From assembly GCA_903928225.1 (NCBI GenBank), contig CAIYPU010000130.1:1536-65535 (forward strand): a stretch of 64,000 nt of DNA. The letters run 5' to 3'. The number at the start of each line of letters is the position of its first letter. Within the stretch, counting starts at the first letter, position 1. The notes under the pieces were generated by a model that made no database searches, was not told the origin of the DNA, and was given only the letters and a program-made list of their open reading frames with translations. Positions 60,584-64,000 of the stretch are shown here, piece after piece. Made by a program: the position numbers and the translations under genes. The stretch comes from an uncultured Chlorobiaceae bacterium. Lineage in GTDB: Bacteria > Bacteroidota > Chlorobiia > Chlorobiales > Chlorobiaceae.

Positions 60584-61435
60584 TCAGAACCATAACCTGA
60601 TGACGATGAACGCCACAAGCATGGCTGTCCCGCCCAGGTAGATACGCCGGATATCGCGCTGTCTGTTTTTACGATTTTCATCCAGAAGGTTCCCTGCAGA
60701 GAGGAGCAGCAGAATATCAAAAAGGAATACCGGAACATGGAATGGCCAGCCGAACCACCCGAAGGCGAACGGAACAAAACTGCCGATTATTACTATGGCA
60801 AAAAGAGCAGAGGCTGTCCGCATGGCGGCAACAGGCCCGAAAATCACCGCAATCGATCGTGAACCGCTTTGCCGGTCACCTTCAACATCCAGGGCGTCAG
60901 CGGCTATCTCTTCCCCGAGATCCACGAACATGGCGGTCAAGGCAAAGTACCAGACGGTTTTTTCATATGGATTCCCAACCACAACCCCACCGAAGATGAA
61001 TGCCATGCCAACAGAGAAACTGACAAGGAGGTTGCCTGCCAATCCTGACTTTTTCAGTTTCCAGTTGTAGAAAAAACCTGCGAGCCAGACGATGAATGCG
61101 AGCATGAATGCCGGAAAGCCGGCTGCGAAGCTCGAAATGAAACCCGACAGAGCGACAATTGCTGAAAGAACGACCGCCTCGTTCCTCGATACCGTTCCCG
61201 ACACAAGGGGGCGCATGGGGCTGTTGATGCGGTCTGCCTCGATATCGAAGCAGTCATTGAGTATGAGGGCTGTCGCGGAAATACAGAAAAAGCCCAGGAA
61301 GCCGTACATGGCGTCGTTCAGAGAGGGAATTGCGCCAAGCGCGAGGATTTCGGCAAGCAGGACACATATTCCAGCGGCTGTCGACAACTCGAAACGGAAC
61401 AGGGCAAACAGCCCTTGCATCTTTCCGTTTTTCAT
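60584..61435 (-). CDS. UbiA-family aromatic/polyprenyl prenyltransferase
   Basis: The ORF runs 60584..61501 and the likely start is at 61435 (MKNGKMQ) or 61420. It is a polytopic membrane protein with LNDCFDIEADRINSPMRPL (NDxxDxxxD) and a second Asp-rich motif (DLGEEIAADALDVEGD). Confidence 0.8.
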   Translation of the reverse strand: MKNGKMQGLFALFRFELSTAAGICVLLAEILALGAIPSLNDAMYGFLGFFCISATALILNDCFDIEADRINSPMRPLVSGTVSRNEAVVLSAIVALSGFISSFAAGFPAFMLAFIVWLAGFFYNWKLKKSGLAGNLLVSFSVGMAFIFGGVVVGNPYEKTVWYFALTAMFVDLGEEIAADALDVEGDRQSGSRSIAVIFGPVAAMRTASALFAIVIIGSFVPFAFGWFGWPFHVPVFLFDILLLLSAGNLLDENRKNRQRDIRRIYLGGTAMLVAFIVIRLWF

Positions 61436-61463
61436 TTTTCCTACACGATCCCGTAAACTATGC

Positions 61464-61838
61464 TCAGGCTTCGCTGAACATACCGGGAATGAACCTGGCA
61501 AAAAAGCCTTCCTGAGCTGACCGTCTGGTCGGCAACCCCTGCCTGTCCCAGCCCATTATGCCGTCCTGCAGGTTGGAGACCTTGCCGTAGCCGTTTTCGG
61601 CCAGGAAACCTGCTGCCATAAGACTGCGGTTGCCGCTCCTGCAGGCAAGGATCACTTCTCGGTTTTTCGGAATTTCACGAAACCGTTTTCCGAAATCGCT
61701 GAGCGGCACCACCATGATTCCCTCGACATCGAATGATTTTGACTCGGCTTCGCGCGTTTCGCGAACATCCACCATAACCGCACCGTTCCTGATCATTTCA
61801 AAAGCTTTGGATGCCGTTACCTCTTTTATGTTTTTCAT
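61464..61838 (-). CDS. Rhodanese-domain sulfurtransferase
   Basis: 124-aa ORF with the active-site loop ILACRSGNRS and DVRE upstream. Confidence 0.85.
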   Translation of the reverse strand: MKNIKEVTASKAFEMIRNGAVMVDVRETREAESKSFDVEGIMVVPLSDFGKRFREIPKNREVILACRSGNRSLMAAGFLAENGYGKVSNLQDGIMGWDRQGLPTRRSAQEGFFARFIPGMFSEA

Positions 61839-61887
61839 GGTTTTTCTGATTTTTTTTACGCGACAGAAGCGCCGTTTCAGTCAGGAG

Positions 61888-61916
61888 TTAAAAACAGGAA
61901 ATCCTCGGGGAGGATT
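61888..61916 (-). terminator. Possible rho-independent terminator downstream of the methyltransferase gene
   Basis: Minus strand reads AATCCTC-ccc-GAGGATTTCCTGTTTTT, a 7-bp stem with a T-rich tail, about 160 nt after the stop at 62077. Confidence 0.4.
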
Positions 61917-62076
61917 GCAGATTTACCTGAATGCATACCTGAAACCCGCAAAATACCAATACCCGGTATGGGTATATAATACAAAAACAACGATAAACCA
62001 CCAAGAAGTTTTTCCTGTATGGTTGAGTTCTTTGAATGAACCGGCATCGATCGACATGTGACCGGAGCGGTCCGGA

Positions 62077-62892
62077 TCACATTCTCAGGTGCACCATGAA
62101 CATAATCCGATGCCTGTCGGCAATAAACGCAAGATACCGGTCTTTCAGGCCCAATCCCTTCGTCATTCCCCTGTAGACGGGATATTCTCCGACAACCTCA
62201 ATGCTTCCGTTCCACTTCACGATGTCCGATGCCTTTTCGAGACCCCACTTCAGGCATGATTGTTCACCGAGGCCGATGCTCCGGATAATTTTCCTGTTGG
62301 CCAGCTTTACCCCGAACGGGGAGGCTGCATCGAACACGAATTCGCTTTCAGGGAATGCCGCTGACAGGTTATTGAAAATCTCTCTGACCTCATTCTCCCC
62401 AAAATAGTAGAGTACTCCTGCAGCCATGAACAGCACATGCTCCGAAGGATGTATCCTCCTGAACCAGCTTTTATCGAGAAATGAAGCTGAAATAAATGTC
62501 CGACGGCCGATTTCGGGAATGAATTTCCTGCGCAGATCGATCACGTCGGGCAGGTCGAGGTCATACCAGAAAAGCCGTCCATTGTCAACCCTGTCGAAAG
62601 TGGTGTCGAGCCCGCATCCTATATTGACGATGGTCGCTTCGGGATATCGGGAAACGAACTCCCTGATGGTCCTGTCGATATGGATGCTCCTCGCTATCCA
62701 CTCAAGCTGCGATATGTACTTTATCTTCGCCGCGATTTTCGAAAAATCGTAATCGATCTTCGTAATGATTTCACAGGCTTTCCTGTCGACAATCCTCGGA
62801 TGTTTTTTAAGGGTTTCACACGCACGGCCCCAGAGAGGAAGCAGCAGGGTGATCTGAACGCTTCCGAGCTCTATCGCATATTTGACAGACAT
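62077..62892 (-). CDS. SAM-dependent O-methyltransferase, LCM/TcmP (polyketide O-methyltransferase-like) family
   Basis: 271-aa ORF with IVNIGCGLDTTFDRV...WYDLDLPDVIDLRRK...VLFMAAGVLYYF, the LCM-family pattern. It is a second member in this window (see 20873..21700). Confidence 0.8.
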   Translation of the reverse strand: MSVKYAIELGSVQITLLLPLWGRACETLKKHPRIVDRKACEIITKIDYDFSKIAAKIKYISQLEWIARSIHIDRTIREFVSRYPEATIVNIGCGLDTTFDRVDNGRLFWYDLDLPDVIDLRRKFIPEIGRRTFISASFLDKSWFRRIHPSEHVLFMAAGVLYYFGENEVREIFNNLSAAFPESEFVFDAASPFGVKLANRKIIRSIGLGEQSCLKWGLEKASDIVKWNGSIEVVGEYPVYRGMTKGLGLKDRYLAFIADRHRIMFMVHLRM

Positions 62893-63024
62893 CTTCGGGT
62901 ATCCTCCATGAAAAGGTTCACGGCAGCATGCACACTCTGATCAAAGTTAAGAACATTCCTGCATTCCTGCATGCGCATATTCCCGCTCTCTTTCATTTAC
63001 AGGCACATCCCTTTTTGCTGACGT

Positions 63025-63148
63025 GAGAAGCACGAGTGCAAGGAGGACAGAGCGGAGAAACCGGAGTGTACACGGAGTACATGAGGATTTTGCTCCCGAC
63101 TCATCGGGACCAACGCTGCAATAGAGCTTCGGAACAGATATATAGAGG
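63025..63148 (+). repeat. Dispersed ~125-nt structured repeat, copy B
   Basis: Collinear with 22950..23075 and in the same orientation. It also lies upstream of a minus-strand gene start (62892). Confidence 0.8.
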
Positions 63149-63230
63149 TGCCCTTACGGAAAAATCGGGAAGCCGGCGAAAACAGTTTCCCGAACGGTAA
63201 AAAAATCCCGAAATCCGGGTCTTTTGAGCT

Positions 63231-64000
63231 TCACACAGGATAAGGAAGGAAAAACCTTTCCCTGAGCAGGGCAGGTAATTCTCCGGGACAAACCGTCCTG
63301 CATTCTGTCCCTTCTTCCGAAACAGATTTGAACTGGTAGCCGTTCAGCACAATCTTCCCGCCGGGCTGCTGAAGAACTGCCATCACTCCTTTGACGAAAA
63401 TCGAATCGGGATGTTTCGAGTTGAGGAAATTGGCCGGCTCGAAATCCACCCACTCCTGCGGCTGAAGCGTGAACTCGTAAAGGTTTCTCCAGGAATCGCC
63501 ATCGAAGGAGCGCAACAGGTATGAGCCATCGGCAGTCATGCATAACATGAATGTTTCGTTTTCCTGCCTTACCTCCCGGCCGGTCAGGGCAAGGTTCATC
63601 GGTTCCCTTATACCGAAGCTTCCGAAACCGAGGTCAACAAGCCATACCGTCCCATCGACTTCAACAACAAGGGCCATATGGGTTTTCGGACGCCTCACCG
63701 GATAGGTCATCGGCCTTGCGGCTATCATGCGGTAAGTGAAGCCTGCCGCTTCGAGCGCCATGGCAAAGAGACCATTCACTTCGTAGCAGTAGCCTCCCCT
63801 GCCGTGTTCAACGATTTTTATGAAGATATCCTCAGGGACAAGCGAAACCAGCTTTCCCGCCTGGACATCCAGGTTTTCGAATGGTACCGAAAAGAGCTGG
63901 CAGCGCATCATGAGCCTCAGCGTCTCAAAATCGGATGAAACGCTTCCACCGAAACCGGTTCTCCGGAAATATGCCTGAAGGCTGAAATTATCGGCGGTCA
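63231..64000 (-). CDS. Arylamine N-acetyltransferase (NAT family); the 5' end lies beyond the window end
   Basis: The ORF track starts at the Met at 63911, but the frame stays open to nt 64000 (TADNFSLQAYFRRTGFGGSVSSDFETLRLMMRCQLFSVPFENLDV). The catalytic-Cys context is RGGYCYEVNG. Confidence 0.85.
   Translation of the reverse strand, partial: TADNFSLQAYFRRTGFGGSVSSDFETLRLMMRCQLFSVPFENLDVQAGKLVSLVPEDIFIKIVEHGRGGYCYEVNGLFAMALEAAGFTYRMIAARPMTYPVRRPKTHMALVVEVDGTVWLVDLGFGSFGIREPMNLALTGREVRQENETFMLCMTADGSYLLRSFDGDSWRNLYEFTLQPQEWVDFEPANFLNSKHPDSIFVKGVMAVLQQPGGKIVLNGYQFKSVSEEGTECRTVCPGELPALLRERFFLPYPV

Overview
This 64-kb window reads like a chromosomal segment of a green sulfur bacterium. That placement is an inference from the GroEL sequence and gene content and cannot be verified here. 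The window is dense, with about 58 CDS and one tRNA, and most genes are housekeeping. They include trpA, queC, groES-groEL behind a perfect CIRCE operator, uvrA, an lptD-like gene, trpB, tRNA-Gly(GCC), monomeric icd, fabI, aat, a UvrD/PcrA helicase, dxs, pgpA-pgsA, mutS2, pdxJ-rdgB-uppP, mlaEFD, queG, purH and nrdDG. No CRISPR array, integrase, transposase or rRNA was seen.

The non-routine content is as follows.
1. The best candidate for something undescribed sits directly downstream of tRNA-Gly. It is a two-gene module: a cyanophycin-synthetase-like ATP-grasp ligase paired with an LCM-type carboxyl methyltransferase. The ligase keeps the N and G domains, lacks the Mur-ligase M domain and carries a novel Cys-rich tail. 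The module lies in a roughly 6-kb accessory-looking stretch that also encodes a LuxR-type regulator, a DUF4332 protein and a thioredoxin-fold protein without its CxxC.
2. A clear cobalamin riboswitch precedes the B12-independent class III ribonucleotide reductase genes nrdDG.
3. There are two families of dispersed non-coding repeats. One is about 125 nt with conserved hairpins (two full copies and one fragment). The other is a roughly 150-nt palindromic MITE-like element (two full copies and one half-site).
4. A DUF2061 gene appears to be frameshifted.
5. An SRPBCC-reductase-SRPBCC trio lies next to a GT2 glycosyltransferase.
6. A Tat-signal FAD oxidoreductase carries an embedded Rieske domain and is a possible CrtU-type carotenoid enzyme.

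Many long ORFs in the track are antisense shadows of real genes and were rejected.
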